In this document: positions 19,659 to 29,065 of the stretch, one piece after another
Layout of the letters: each line of letters starts with the position of its first letter
Numbering within the stretch: position 1 is the first letter of the stretch
NCBI GenBank assembly: GCA_965222225.1
Contig: CBDCTK010000002.1
Coordinates: 2,432,001-2,496,000, forward strand
Direction: 5' to 3'
DNA from: Candidatus Poribacteria bacterium
GTDB lineage: Bacteria; Poribacteria; WGA-4E; JAJDTR01
Length of the DNA stretch: 64,000 bases
The notes under the pieces: generated by a model
What the model was told of the DNA's origin: nothing
Database searches by the model: none
What the model saw: only the letters and a program-made list of their open reading frames with translations
Made by a program: the position numbers and the translations under genes

Positions 19659-20119
19659 AAGTCTCTCTTAGACCGATTACACAGAAGAATCTCAATGAGT
19701 GTATTTCCCTCAAAGTGACTGATTGTCAGCAGAACTTCATTGCCTCCAATGTGAAGTCACTTGCAGAAGCGTTTGTCAATCCAACGCTTTATCCTTTCGG
19801 CATTTATGACGCAAAAGCACATTACCAAGCGAATCCTATCTTGGTCGGATTCACGATGTATGAAATTGTTGACGCAGTCGGTTTCATTTTACGCCTGATG
19901 ATTGATGAGAAGTATCAAAGGAAGAGGTATGGCAGAGCGGCTATGATTGAGGTGATGCGACGGTTGAAATTGCATCCGGAGGTCGAGCGGATTGCAACTA
20001 GCCATCAAAGGCAAAATAAAGCCGCTGCGAAGCTCTACGAAAGTCTGGGATTCGTTGAGTGGAAATCTGAATTAGCGGCGGAGAATCCCAGTGAAAGGTA
20101 TCTGATTCTTGAAGAATAG
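19652..20119 (+). CDS. GNAT acetyltransferase (diamine N-acetyltransferase-like)
   Basis: RLMIDEKYQRKRYGR, NKAAAKLYESLGF. Confidence 0.85.
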   Translation: MLKVSLRPITQKNLNECISLKVTDCQQNFIASNVKSLAEAFVNPTLYPFGIYDAKAHYQANPILVGFTMYEIVDAVGFILRLMIDEKYQRKRYGRAAMIEVMRRLKLHPEVERIATSHQRQNKAAAKLYESLGFVEWKSELAAENPSERYLILEE

Positions 20120-20147
20120 CACAACCGATGCCACAGCAAAGCCCAAA

Positions 20148-20172
20148 GGCTGGTGCGCAATGCGCACCCTAC
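20148..20172. repeat. REP hairpin (GGTGCGCANTGCGC.CCCTAC family)
   Basis: Near-identical copy at 23899-23923; GTAG end on the minus strand. Confidence 0.65.
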
Positions 20173-20200
20173 ACGCACGAACCTCCTGTTGAGATGTGCC

Positions 20201-21205
20201 CTACCAGTCGAAGACGGCGCCTACACTACCTCCACGCTCCGAATCCAACTGCGCATACGCCGACGCCGCCTCACTCGGCGAGAAGCGATGTGTAATCAGG
20301 TCGGAAACGCACATTTGCCCGCGCCGCACGTATTGCAAGAAGAGTTGCCGTTGACGGGTCGCCGTCCACGACGCGTGTTGCGGCGGCAGGTTTTCGTTCT
20401 GCGTGCCGATGAGACGTAGTTGCCGCGTCAACAGATCCGACGTGAGATGCTGCTTCGTGGGGTGCGGGCTATCGCCTAGAAGTATTACCTTGCCATACCG
20501 ACGCGCCAGCGGGAGCGCCAACGGCAAAACTGTGTGATGGCCCGTCGCGTCATAAACCACATCCGCAAGCTCGCCGTCGGTACTCTCAAGGACGGCATCC
20601 TTCGCATCGGCAACGCTTCCACAAAAACTCGCTGTCGCGCCGTGCGCGAGCGCGATGTCCAGCCGCGCCTGAATCTGATCTATCACCAACACCGATCGAA
20701 GACCCATCACCTTCAGATACTGCGTCACAAGTTGCCCGATGGGGCCGCAGCCGATGACTACAGCGGTTTCTCCCATGATATGCTCGGCTTGACGCACCGC
20801 GGTTTGCGTAATCGTTGCCAGCATACACCATACGGCATTATCGCTACTTACATCCTCGGGAATCTTGATGATTCCGGGTTGATTGCCCGAAAGGTTCACA
20901 TGCCCCCGGTGGGACGCGGTACAGAAAACCCGATCTCCCTCACTGAAACCTTCAACCTCATCCCCAACCTTGACAATCTGCCCCACGTTACTGTAGCCGG
21001 GATAGAACGGGTATTTTACCCAGTTATGCCAGTGGCTGCCGGGGTCGGATTCGCCGCGATAACAGATCATCTCCGTCCCCATACTCATAAGCGTAACCAG
21101 CGTCTGAAGGGTAATCTCGTTCGGCGCGGGTTCGGGAACATCTATTTCGGTAAAACTAACCTGCCTGCCTCCTGTAAATGCAACGACACTCGACTTCATA
21201 CGCAA
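20201..21205 (-). CDS. Zinc-binding alcohol dehydrogenase / MDR family oxidoreductase
   Basis: SMGTE, PGYSNVG, VIGCGPIGQ Rossmann motif, DATG, LITHRF. Confidence 0.85.
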   Translation of the reverse strand: MRMKSSVVAFTGGRQVSFTEIDVPEPAPNEITLQTLVTLMSMGTEMICYRGESDPGSHWHNWVKYPFYPGYSNVGQIVKVGDEVEGFSEGDRVFCTASHRGHVNLSGNQPGIIKIPEDVSSDNAVWCMLATITQTAVRQAEHIMGETAVVIGCGPIGQLVTQYLKVMGLRSVLVIDQIQARLDIALAHGATASFCGSVADAKDAVLESTDGELADVVYDATGHHTVLPLALPLARRYGKVILLGDSPHPTKQHLTSDLLTRQLRLIGTQNENLPPQHASWTATRQRQLFLQYVRRGQMCVSDLITHRFSPSEAASAYAQLDSERGGSVGAVFDW

Positions 21206-21384
21206 AATTCCTCAATTGTGTTGAATACTTGTCGGACAATCTGTGGACACGGACTGGATGATCCGGAGGTCTATCGCAATGACGGTTAGGATAGGCGAAA
21301 GCAGGACAAAGTATGACGGGAGAGATAGACGAGAAGCCTACTGCGGATATGAAAATTTCAATACAGATTGCCCTTTGACGCTCG

Positions 21385-21735
21385 TTAATCGTCTGAGTTC
21401 AGCGCGGCGATTGCTTCGTCTTCGCTATCGAAACGCTCGAAAATGGTAATCAGCCGTCCCATGACTATCAAATTCTGTATGTCAGTGCCGATGTTGATGA
21501 GGCCTATGCGCCCATCTTTGCGGACAACGGATACGTGACACGCGACGAGGGTGCCAAGACCGCTACTGTCAATCCTCGCGACATCCCCCAGGTCTATCAA
21601 GATCTTCGGGGTACCCGAGATCTTTTCAAGTTCTCCGCTAATCTGTTCTCTCAACGCGGTACCGGCGGGGCCAATAATCCGACCGGAGGGTTTGATAATA
21701 AGAATACCTTCGCTTTCGCGAATTTCTGCTGCCAT
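21385..21735 (-). CDS. STAS-domain anti-sigma-factor antagonist
   Basis: IDLGDVARIDSSGLGTLV motif. Confidence 0.85.
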   Translation of the reverse strand: MAAEIRESEGILIIKPSGRIIGPAGTALREQISGELEKISGTPKILIDLGDVARIDSSGLGTLVACHVSVVRKDGRIGLINIGTDIQNLIVMGRLITIFERFDSEDEAIAALNSDD

Positions 21736-21968
21736 AAATTTATCTCCTAATGATTGTTTTAAGAATCTCTATTAAGTCAAGATTTCTCCTGAGAGGAAGA
21801 GTTCCTCCAATTCAGTTGAGAACCGATTATATCACACAACACCCCGAACCGCAAGCCTTGAGCCATGAAAGGAAAAGGCTATAGCATCTAAGAGAAGAGA
21901 AAGGCGATTTGATAATCGCGAATCGATTCATGATTGTAGGGGGATCGCTCGCTTAATTCTATATTGTG

Positions 21969-21997
21969 TTGACATGCCCAACCAGATTTGGTATTCT
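21969..21997 (+). promoter_or_regulatory. sigma70-type promoter of the molybdoenzyme operon
   Basis: TTGACA-17 bp-TATTCT. Confidence 0.55.
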
Positions 21998-22079
21998 TTA
22001 GGCGTGAAAAGCCGCATTCATACCATGTTGGCTATCCTGCGATGCGAGGGTTGCCTTAGACGTTGATGGAGGATTAATT

Positions 22080-22946
22080 GTGAGAAGTTTCGAGTTTTTT
22101 GAACCCAAGACAATTGGCGAGGCGTCTGCCCTGCTTGCTCAGTACAGTGGCGAAGCCGAACTCTTGGGCGGGGGGACAGACCTGATTATCGGGATGAAAG
22201 AGCGGACGCTGACACCTAAATATGTCATCAGCTTAGAGAACGTTCTTGGTATAGAAGGCATTACATACGACGAAAACGACGGGTTGTGGGTTGGCGCCAT
22301 GACGAAGATGCGCGCCATAGAACGCTCTTCAATCGTGCGCGAACGCTATACCGCGCTTGCAGAGGGAGCGGAGGAAGTCGGATCCATTCAAATACGCAAT
22401 CTAGCCACGCTTGGCGGGAATATTGCCCACGGCTCCCCTGCCGCGGATACCGCCGCCGCGCTACTGGTGCTGGCTGCTCAGGTCAACATCGCCAACGGTG
22501 AGGGTGAGCGTACGGTTCCAATTGCAGATTTCTTCCTCGGTCCAGGACAAACGGTGTTGCAGACGGGCGAAATCCTTACAGGATTCTCTATGCCTCCTCG
22601 CTCCGCGAATTCAGGTTCACAGTACCTCAAACACAAGATTCGGCAAGTCATGGATCTCGCTTTCGTCGGCGTGGCAACGTCCGTAAGTTTGAACAACGGC
22701 ACGGTAGCAGATACGAAAATTGGGTTGGCGGCTGTAGCCCCGAAGCCGATTCGCGCAACTAACGCCGAGGCAATCATTACCGGCAATTCCGTAAGCGACG
22801 AGATATTGCAGCAGGCGGCGGGCGCGGCGGCGGCGCAGTCGAGTCCTATTTCGGATTTGCGGTGTACTGCCGAGCATCGAAGAGAGATAGTGGCGGCGTT
22901 AACAAAGGAATCCGCAGTGACCGCTGTGGCAAGAGCACAAGCATAG
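22080..22946 (+). CDS. Xanthine/CO dehydrogenase family FAD-binding (medium) subunit
   Basis: LGGGTDL, QIRNLATLGGNIAHGSPAAD, PISDLR. Confidence 0.9.
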   Translation: MRSFEFFEPKTIGEASALLAQYSGEAELLGGGTDLIIGMKERTLTPKYVISLENVLGIEGITYDENDGLWVGAMTKMRAIERSSIVRERYTALAEGAEEVGSIQIRNLATLGGNIAHGSPAADTAAALLVLAAQVNIANGEGERTVPIADFFLGPGQTVLQTGEILTGFSMPPRSANSGSQYLKHKIRQVMDLAFVGVATSVSLNNGTVADTKIGLAAVAPKPIRATNAEAIITGNSVSDEILQQAAGAAAAQSSPISDLRCTAEHRREIVAALTKESAVTAVARAQA

Positions 22947-22958
22947 AAAAGGAACCAC

Positions 22959-23444
22959 TTGAATATGAAGAAACATCCGATAAGTTTCACCGTCAATGGT
23001 GATTTGCAGGAGCTATTTGTTGAACCTCGCAAAACCTTGTTGGCGGTCATTCGTGACACAATCGGGTTGACTGGAACAAAAGAGGGTTGCAGTACCGGCG
23101 ATTGCGGCGCTTGCACGGTAATCGTTGATGGCGAACCGGTAACATCGTGCATGATGCTTGCGGTCAGCGCAAACGGCAATGAGATTACGACAATCGAAGG
23201 AATCTCCAGTCCCGGGCAACTACACCCGGTTCAGCAAGCCTTTTTGGAGAAGGGCGGATATCAGTGCGGTTTCTGCACTCCCGGCTTTATCATGGCAGCC
23301 AAAGCACTTCTTGATGACAATCCCAACATACCGGAAGACGAAATGCGGCACGCGCTCGGCGGAAACATCTGTCGGTGCACCGGGTATACGAAAATAATTG
23401 AGGCAGTCCTGAGCGCGGCAGAAACCATGCGCGCAAATACTTAA
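22959..23444 (+). CDS. Xanthine/CO dehydrogenase family [2Fe-2S] (small) subunit
   Basis: GCSTGDCGACTV, QCGFCTPG, GNICRCTGY. Confidence 0.92.
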   Translation: MNMKKHPISFTVNGDLQELFVEPRKTLLAVIRDTIGLTGTKEGCSTGDCGACTVIVDGEPVTSCMMLAVSANGNEITTIEGISSPGQLHPVQQAFLEKGGYQCGFCTPGFIMAAKALLDDNPNIPEDEMRHALGGNICRCTGYTKIIEAVLSAAETMRANT

Positions 23445-23470
23445 ACACGACACGAAAGAAGGGGATGAGA

Positions 23471-23665
23471 ATGGCTAAAACCCATCGAGGATTCGGCATT
23501 CGTTCGGAATATAACAGTGGCAGAGGAACCTGCCCGGTATGTAACAGGACCGGCGTTAAGGTGCTCTACAGCCGCGAGATTGGTGACAAAACCATCAATA
23601 CGTGTAAGCGATGCAATGCGGCTTTGGGACGCGGTAAATTGCGAGAAGCAGTCGCCAACCTATAG
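23471..23665 (+). CDS. Small basic Zn-ribbon protein (CPVC...CKRC)
   Basis: 64-66 aa, Lys/Arg-rich, two CxxC pairs, purine-rich RBS upstream. Confidence 0.7.
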   Translation: MAKTHRGFGIRSEYNSGRGTCPVCNRTGVKVLYSREIGDKTINTCKRCNAALGRGKLREAVANL

Positions 23666-23753
23666 CTTCGGATCAATTACTGAAATCACAGAAAAAGGGC
23701 ATTATTTCATGTTAACTTTCAAGTGAGACTCGTGAGAAATCAGTGCCTTTTTA

Positions 23754-23954
23754 GAGCTTGTTTGAATAACCAGTGGCAATACCATTTTTGAGATTTTGAG
23801 AAAGTTTTTTCATGTTTTCATTGTTGGCTGCTACATACCTGTAGGATCTCTATGGCAGTCGCTATTCGCTCCCTTGATCCCACTCTGGGGCTTTTAAAGG
23901 CTGGTGCGCAGTGCGCGCCCTACAAACTTTGCCACCTATTATTCAAACAGGTTC
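23754..23954. mobile_element. MITE-A (GAGCYTGTTTGAATAA termini) with REP and micro-element cargo
   Basis: TIRs GAGCTTGTTTGAATAA / TTATTCAAACAGGTTC flanked by TTA/TAA; sister copy at 42092-42220. Confidence 0.7.
23844..23879 (-). repeat. Micro-element copy 2
   Basis: Reverse complement reads GATCAA GG GA GC GAATA GC GA CT GC C ATAG A GATCC. Confidence 0.8.
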
Positions 23955-23957
23955 TAA

Positions 23958-24216
23958 GCTCGACTTTGTACATTTGAAAGACATCACAGGCAACAATAAA
24001 CAAGTGTTGCCAAAAAGCGGAGGAAATTTTGATTCTCTCGGCTTTTTGGCAGACCATTGAAAATGTCGGTAGCGGTTTCCAGATTCATGCAGATAACGTG
24101 TTGGGTTTCACTCAAATTTCGGTGTTGCATGGCGGGGCAAGATGCCCCGCCTACGGGTTTGGTGTTGTACGGATTTCCGTACAACCCAACCATTGTACTT
24201 TTGTACAAAGTCGAGC
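23958..24216. mobile_element. MITE-B (GCTCGACTTTGTACA TIRs, TAA/CTAA duplication)
   Basis: Perfect 15-bp TIRs with TAA on both sides; homologous copy at 42224-42506. Confidence 0.8.
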
Positions 24217-24321
24217 TAAGTATTGACTCACGTGAATCACACTTTCGCTAAACGTAGCCTATAGACCATCCGGAACTAAATAGTTGCCCAGACTCATTCA
24301 GTTAGATAAGGTAGGAGTGCC

Positions 24322-26628
24322 ATGTCAGAATACGCAGTGGTTGGAAAACGAGTGCCAAGAGTTGACGCCCTGGAAAAGGTGACGGGTGCGGCAAAGTATG
24401 GAGCAGATATTAACTTTCCCGGAATGCTCCACGCAAGAATCTTCCGCAGCACGGAAGTCCACGCCAAAATTCTTAGCATTGATACGAGCGAGGCTGAGAA
24501 GTTGCCCGGAGTTAAAGCGATCATTACGCAAGACGATGTCCTGACCGGGCGGGCGGTTTTCGCGAAGGATAAGGTGCTGTATTACGGTGAGCCGTTAGGC
24601 GCGATCGCCGCAACGGATCCCGACATCGCTGAGGAAGCGGCAGACCTGGTTAAAGTCGAATATGAGCCGCTGCCCGTCGTGCAGGATGTGCTGGAGTCAA
24701 TCAAGCCCGATGCGCCCCATCTGCTCAACGATAGAGCGAAGGACGGCCCGAGAAGACGGGTCATTGCAAGGCAACTCAAGAAGTTATCCAAAGAGACGGG
24801 TGAGGATAACAGCGCCGAGATTGAAAAATTGAATGCCGAGTTGGCAGAGTTCGACGATGAGATTTACTACAATATCGCCGGTGAGGCCCATGAAGCCGCG
24901 GGGGACGTGGAACAGGGTTTCGCTGAGTCCGATGTCGTCGTCGAAGGTACATATACCATCCCGCGCGTTCATCAGGTATACATGGAACCGCATGTGTCGG
25001 TGGCTCATGCGGAGCCTACCGGCAAATTGACCGTTTGGGCGAGCACCCAAGGCCACTTCGCTATTCGTTCCGGTATTGCCGGCGTACTCGGCATACCGCT
25101 GAGTGACATCAACGTCGTCGGTGTGACCATGGGCGGCGGTTTTGGAGGACGTTTCAACATCCAAGCCACACACGTGCCGGCTGTCATACTTTCCCAAAAA
25201 ACGGGGCGTCCCGTCAAAGCCCAGTTGAACCGCGAAGAGGAGTTTCTTGATGGGAGGCCGGGTGCCGGTTGCGTCATCAAGCTCAAGACCGGGGCGATGA
25301 ACGATGGAACAATCGTTGCCCGTAAGGCTCTTGCCTTCTGGGACTGTGGTTCGGTCGCCGGCGGGCCCATTGCCAACACCATCCGTATTCGCGGAGTCTA
25401 CAAGTTCTCGCACCTTCAGATGGATGCCTATGCGGTACACACGAACAAGTCGGGAACCACATCCTATCGTGCACCCGGCGCCCCGCAGGCGATTTTCGCG
25501 GGTGAATCCCAGCTCGACGAAATAGCGAGTATCATCGGAATGGATCCCGTCGATCTCCGTATGAAAAACATGCGGGAAGAGGGCGATCAGGTTCCCGCAG
25601 GGGCTACCGAGCCGAGAGTGGGCTACAAAGAAACCCTCAAAGCGGCGGCAGATGCCGTTGACTGGTGGAATCGCGAGAAGGGACCGAACCAAGGTTGGGG
25701 CGTTGCGGTTGGCGATTGGACGAATGGATGCGGACCGGGTGCGGTATATGCCTCTGTCCATGAAGACGGCAGTGTTCGACTGTTCCACGGCTCGATGGAT
25801 ATCACCGGAACAGATACGGCGATGGCGCAGATTGCCGCAGAGGTTCTGACCGTACCTTATGATCAGGTGTCAATCACCCGCGGCGATACCAATTCGGCGC
25901 CGTACAATACCGGCTCCGGCGGAAGCGTCGTCACCTTCACCATGGGCAACACCGCGAAACTGGCAGCCGAAGATGCGCGGGTACGACTCCTCGAGCTCGC
26001 GGCACAGCGGCTGAACACGGACATTGAGAATGTGGAACTCAAAGACGGGAAAGTGTCTCTGACAAATGGGGATTCCCCCAAATCACTCTCCCTCGGCGAG
26101 TTGGCTGCGTACAGCTTGAGCACAACCGGTGGGCCGATTGTCGGCAAGGGTTCATTGTCAGGAAGACTGAGCGCCCCCGCTGTCGCCGTGCAGATTGCCA
26201 AAGTCGAGGTCAATCCGGAAACGGGGAACACCAAAGTTCTCAGGACGGTTGCCTCGCAAGATGTGGGTTTTGCGATTAACCCGACAGCGGTTGAAGGGCA
26301 GATTGAAGGGGGAGTCGTCCAGGGATACGCTTGGTCGATGATGGAGGAGATGCAGTACAACGAGAAGGGAAATGTGAATCCCGGCTTTGTCGATTACCGC
26401 GTTCCGACATCGGCGGATATTCCCAGAATCGAGAGTGTCATCGTAGAAGTGCCTGCTCCCAATGGGCCTTACGGCGCGAAAGGGGTCGGCGAACCCTCGC
26501 TCACGCCAACGTTAGCCACCTTCGCAAACGCCGTCACCGACGCTACCGGTGTTCGGATTAACGACCTGCCGATTAAGCCGGAGAAGATTGTTAACGCGTT
26601 GAAGAGCAACGGTAACGGTAGTCGATAA
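24322..26628 (+). CDS. Xanthine dehydrogenase family molybdopterin-binding (large) subunit
   Basis: RVDALEKVTG, HQVYMEP, MGGGFGGR, SYRAPGAPQ, VEGQIEGG, GAKGVGEP. It lacks the AYxCSFR loop of form I CO dehydrogenase. Confidence 0.92.
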   Translation: MSEYAVVGKRVPRVDALEKVTGAAKYGADINFPGMLHARIFRSTEVHAKILSIDTSEAEKLPGVKAIITQDDVLTGRAVFAKDKVLYYGEPLGAIAATDPDIAEEAADLVKVEYEPLPVVQDVLESIKPDAPHLLNDRAKDGPRRRVIARQLKKLSKETGEDNSAEIEKLNAELAEFDDEIYYNIAGEAHEAAGDVEQGFAESDVVVEGTYTIPRVHQVYMEPHVSVAHAEPTGKLTVWASTQGHFAIRSGIAGVLGIPLSDINVVGVTMGGGFGGRFNIQATHVPAVILSQKTGRPVKAQLNREEEFLDGRPGAGCVIKLKTGAMNDGTIVARKALAFWDCGSVAGGPIANTIRIRGVYKFSHLQMDAYAVHTNKSGTTSYRAPGAPQAIFAGESQLDEIASIIGMDPVDLRMKNMREEGDQVPAGATEPRVGYKETLKAAADAVDWWNREKGPNQGWGVAVGDWTNGCGPGAVYASVHEDGSVRLFHGSMDITGTDTAMAQIAAEVLTVPYDQVSITRGDTNSAPYNTGSGGSVVTFTMGNTAKLAAEDARVRLLELAAQRLNTDIENVELKDGKVSLTNGDSPKSLSLGELAAYSLSTTGGPIVGKGSLSGRLSAPAVAVQIAKVEVNPETGNTKVLRTVASQDVGFAINPTAVEGQIEGGVVQGYAWSMMEEMQYNEKGNVNPGFVDYRVPTSADIPRIESVIVEVPAPNGPYGAKGVGEPSLTPTLATFANAVTDATGVRINDLPIKPEKIVNALKSNGNGSR

Positions 26629-26648
26629 GCACTCCGTCCGAAGCATAC

Positions 26649-26692
26649 ACCTTCTGATTTGTCTTTATGCTAGGCAAGTCAGGAGGTTTTTT
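26649..26692 (+). terminator. Rho-independent terminator
   Basis: ACCTTCTGATTTGTCT...AGGCAAGTCAGGAGGT stem followed by a T run. Confidence 0.7.
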
Positions 26693-26747
26693 GTGCTATC
26701 TCTCGTCTCAATTGCCAACCAGAAGAGGACTTACACAATTCAGGCAA

Positions 26748-26810
26748 GTAGGGAATAACGATCAAGCGGCCGAACAGCGAGTGCGATAGCGATCCCCCGT
26801 TATTCCCTAC
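26748..26810. repeat. REP hairpin GTAGGGAATAACG...CGTTATTCCCTAC with micro-element copy 3 (26760-26795, + strand) in its loop
   Basis: Perfect 13-bp arms; insert reads GATCAA GC GG CC GAACA GC GA GT GC G ATAG C GATCC. Confidence 0.8.
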
Positions 26811-26842
26811 AAGAACCCTGCAACATGAGACCGTCGCAGTGC

Positions 26843-26944
26843 GTAGGTTGGGTTGAACGACAACGATGAAAAATACGAAGCATTACCTTTGGATGTCGGT
26901 GTCCGATTCTGCGGGAAATCTCACAAATTTAGTGAAACCCAACA
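26843..26944. repeat. Half copy of the GTAGGTTGGGTTGAACG REP/BIME-like element
   Basis: GTAGGTTGGGTTGAACG...GTGAAACCCAACA, as in 29257-29487. Confidence 0.6.
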
Positions 26945-27020
26945 CTTCATCACACACAATCGACAATAGCCAAAGCGTCTATTGACTCTTTCTGCAATCA
27001 TCTTCGATTTGAGGAAATCT

Positions 27021-27758
27021 ATGTTCGGTGACATAAGAAATTCACACGGTGGACGGCTCGATTACAGTTTCCATCAAGGGGAAGCAGATTCCAAGCACAT
27101 TGTGGTTCTGGGACACGGCGTCACCGGTAACAAGGACCGTCCCTTTGTCGTCGCATTGGCGAACGGGTTAGCCGCCGCCGGAATCGCAGTGCTGCGATTC
27201 TCCTTTTCGGGCAACGGCGATTCGGAAGGGAGATTCATCGACTCGACCATCTCGAAAGAGGTCGAAGATCTCGGGTCGGTGCTTGATGCCTTGAGTGATT
27301 ACTCCGTCTGCTACGTTGGTCACAGCATGGGAGGCGCCGTGGGCGTGCTACGCGCAAGTCAAGACAAACGAATCGATATGCTAGTTTCGCTCGCCGGCAT
27401 GGTTTACACGAAGATCTTCGCGCAATCGGAATTCGGCGATGTAACGCCCGACGAGGGATTCATGTGGGATAAGCCGGATTGCCCGCTTTCAAGCGCCTTC
27501 ATGAATGATATGAGACAGATTGACAGCGTGATGGATCGCGCCTCGCAGATTACAGTTCCTTGGCTGCTAGTTCACGGCACTGAAGATGATGTAGTGCCGA
27601 TAGGGGAATCCCGCGAGATATTCGAAAACGCCAACGAGCCGAAGGAACTGATTGAACTTGAAGGCGCCGACCACGTCTTTAGCGACGAATCAACCAGCGT
27701 GATGGTGACTAAAGTCCTCAATTGGGTTCAAATCCAATTCGACAAACTCAGTCAGTGA
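27021..27758 (+). CDS. Alpha/beta hydrolase
   Basis: HGVTG, GHSMGG nucleophile elbow, HGTEDDVVP, GADHVF. Confidence 0.88.
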   Translation: MFGDIRNSHGGRLDYSFHQGEADSKHIVVLGHGVTGNKDRPFVVALANGLAAAGIAVLRFSFSGNGDSEGRFIDSTISKEVEDLGSVLDALSDYSVCYVGHSMGGAVGVLRASQDKRIDMLVSLAGMVYTKIFAQSEFGDVTPDEGFMWDKPDCPLSSAFMNDMRQIDSVMDRASQITVPWLLVHGTEDDVVPIGESREIFENANEPKELIELEGADHVFSDESTSVMVTKVLNWVQIQFDKLSQ

Positions 27759-27763
27759 GGCAC

Positions 27764-28393
27764 ATGTGCCCGCTCTGTCTCTCGGAGCAAGTCCGAGATT
27801 TCGCGACCATAGATGATAAGCCAAACCGGCGTTGTGAAGTTTGCCAGTTAACCTTCTTGTCATCGGAACACTTTCTGGACGAGGTCGCCGAACTCGCCCG
27901 GTATCAACTTCACGAAAACAGTCCCGATGATCCTCGCTACCGAGAGTTTCTCAGCCGTTTGAGCGCCCACCTTGTCCCCAAGTTACCCACTGCCGCCGAA
28001 GGATTGGACTTTGGTTCAGGTCCTGGTCCCACGCTGTCCGTGATGCTTGAGGAGCAGGGATTTCGGATGAATCTCTACGATCCCTTCTTTGCACCTAGCA
28101 CAGATGTGCTTGAACGCAGGTACGATTTCATCACGTGCACGGAGACGGTGGAACACTTCTATCAACCGGGAAAGGAGTTTCGGCGACTGGACGGATTGCT
28201 GCGAAGCGGGGGTTGGCTCGGCATCATGACCGAGATGTTAGAACCGGAAGTGGATTTTACCCGTTGGTGGTACCATCGCGAACCGACGCATGTGTGCTTC
28301 TACAAGCGTGAAACGATGATTTGGATCGCCGAGCGGTATACTTGGAAGGTTGAGTTTCCGCAAAAGAACGTAACGCTATTTCAGAAAGCGTAG
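27764..28393 (+). CDS. Class I SAM methyltransferase with N-terminal Zn-binding motif
   Basis: CPLC...CEVC, LDFGSGPGP, YDFITCTETVEH, EPTHVCFY. Confidence 0.85.
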   Translation: MCPLCLSEQVRDFATIDDKPNRRCEVCQLTFLSSEHFLDEVAELARYQLHENSPDDPRYREFLSRLSAHLVPKLPTAAEGLDFGSGPGPTLSVMLEEQGFRMNLYDPFFAPSTDVLERRYDFITCTETVEHFYQPGKEFRRLDGLLRSGGWLGIMTEMLEPEVDFTRWWYHREPTHVCFYKRETMIWIAERYTWKVEFPQKNVTLFQKA

Positions 28394-28453
28394 GGGGCTG
28401 GGACCGCTGCCCCCAGTTTCGTGCAAATTGTGTGCGAAGGTTTAAACCGTTGG

Positions 28454-29065
28454 TTATCCGGGAATCAATCCCCTATCTTCGAGAATCTTGACCACCTTTT
28501 GACCACACTCTTCAAGTGTCAACTCTGCCGTGTTTACCGCTAGTTCGGGATGATTCGGCGCTTCGTAGGGCGCGCTAATTCCCGTAAACTCCGGGATTTC
28601 ACCTGCCCGCGCTTTCTTGTACAATCCCTTCGGATCCCGCTCCTCACACACCGCCAGCGGGCAATCGACAAAAACCTCAATAAAACGTCCGTCTTCAACC
28701 AATGCTCGCGCTTTGTCCCGATCGCCGCGATAAGGTGAGATAAATGCGGTCATCACGATGACTCCGGAATCCGCGAACAGTTTCGATACCTCTCCGATGC
28801 GGCGAATGTTCTCTTCCCGATCCGCCGGCGAAAACCCGAGGTTATTATTCAGTCCGTGACGTATGTTGTCGCCGTCAAGGACGTAGGTCAGCCGACCGCG
28901 CTGGTGCAGTGCGTTTGCAACCTCATGCGCCAAGGTGGATTTGCCGGAACCGGACAGCCCGGTAAACCAGAGCACACAGCCTTTTTGAACGAGGAGTTTT
29001 TCTCTGTCTTCCCGCGTAATTGTTGCCTCATGCCACGTAATATTTGTTGATTTTCTATCTGCCAA
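28454..29065 (-). CDS. cysC: Adenylyl-sulfate (APS) kinase
   Basis: WFTGLSGSGKST, LDGDNIRHGL, DPKGLYKKARAG, FTGISAPYEAP; TTG start with a GGAG RBS. Confidence 0.95.
   Translation of the reverse strand: MADRKSTNITWHEATITREDREKLLVQKGCVLWFTGLSGSGKSTLAHEVANALHQRGRLTYVLDGDNIRHGLNNNLGFSPADREENIRRIGEVSKLFADSGVIVMTAFISPYRGDRDKARALVEDGRFIEVFVDCPLAVCEERDPKGLYKKARAGEIPEFTGISAPYEAPNHPELAVNTAELTLEECGQKVVKILEDRGLIPG

Noticed and set aside
21998-22079. Moco or purine riboswitch upstream of the molybdoenzyme operon
   Set aside because: The leader is short and shows no consensus I can recognise.
22080-26628. Aerobic CO dehydrogenase (form I coxMSL)
   Set aside because: The large subunit lacks the AYxCSFR signature and no cox accessory genes are present.
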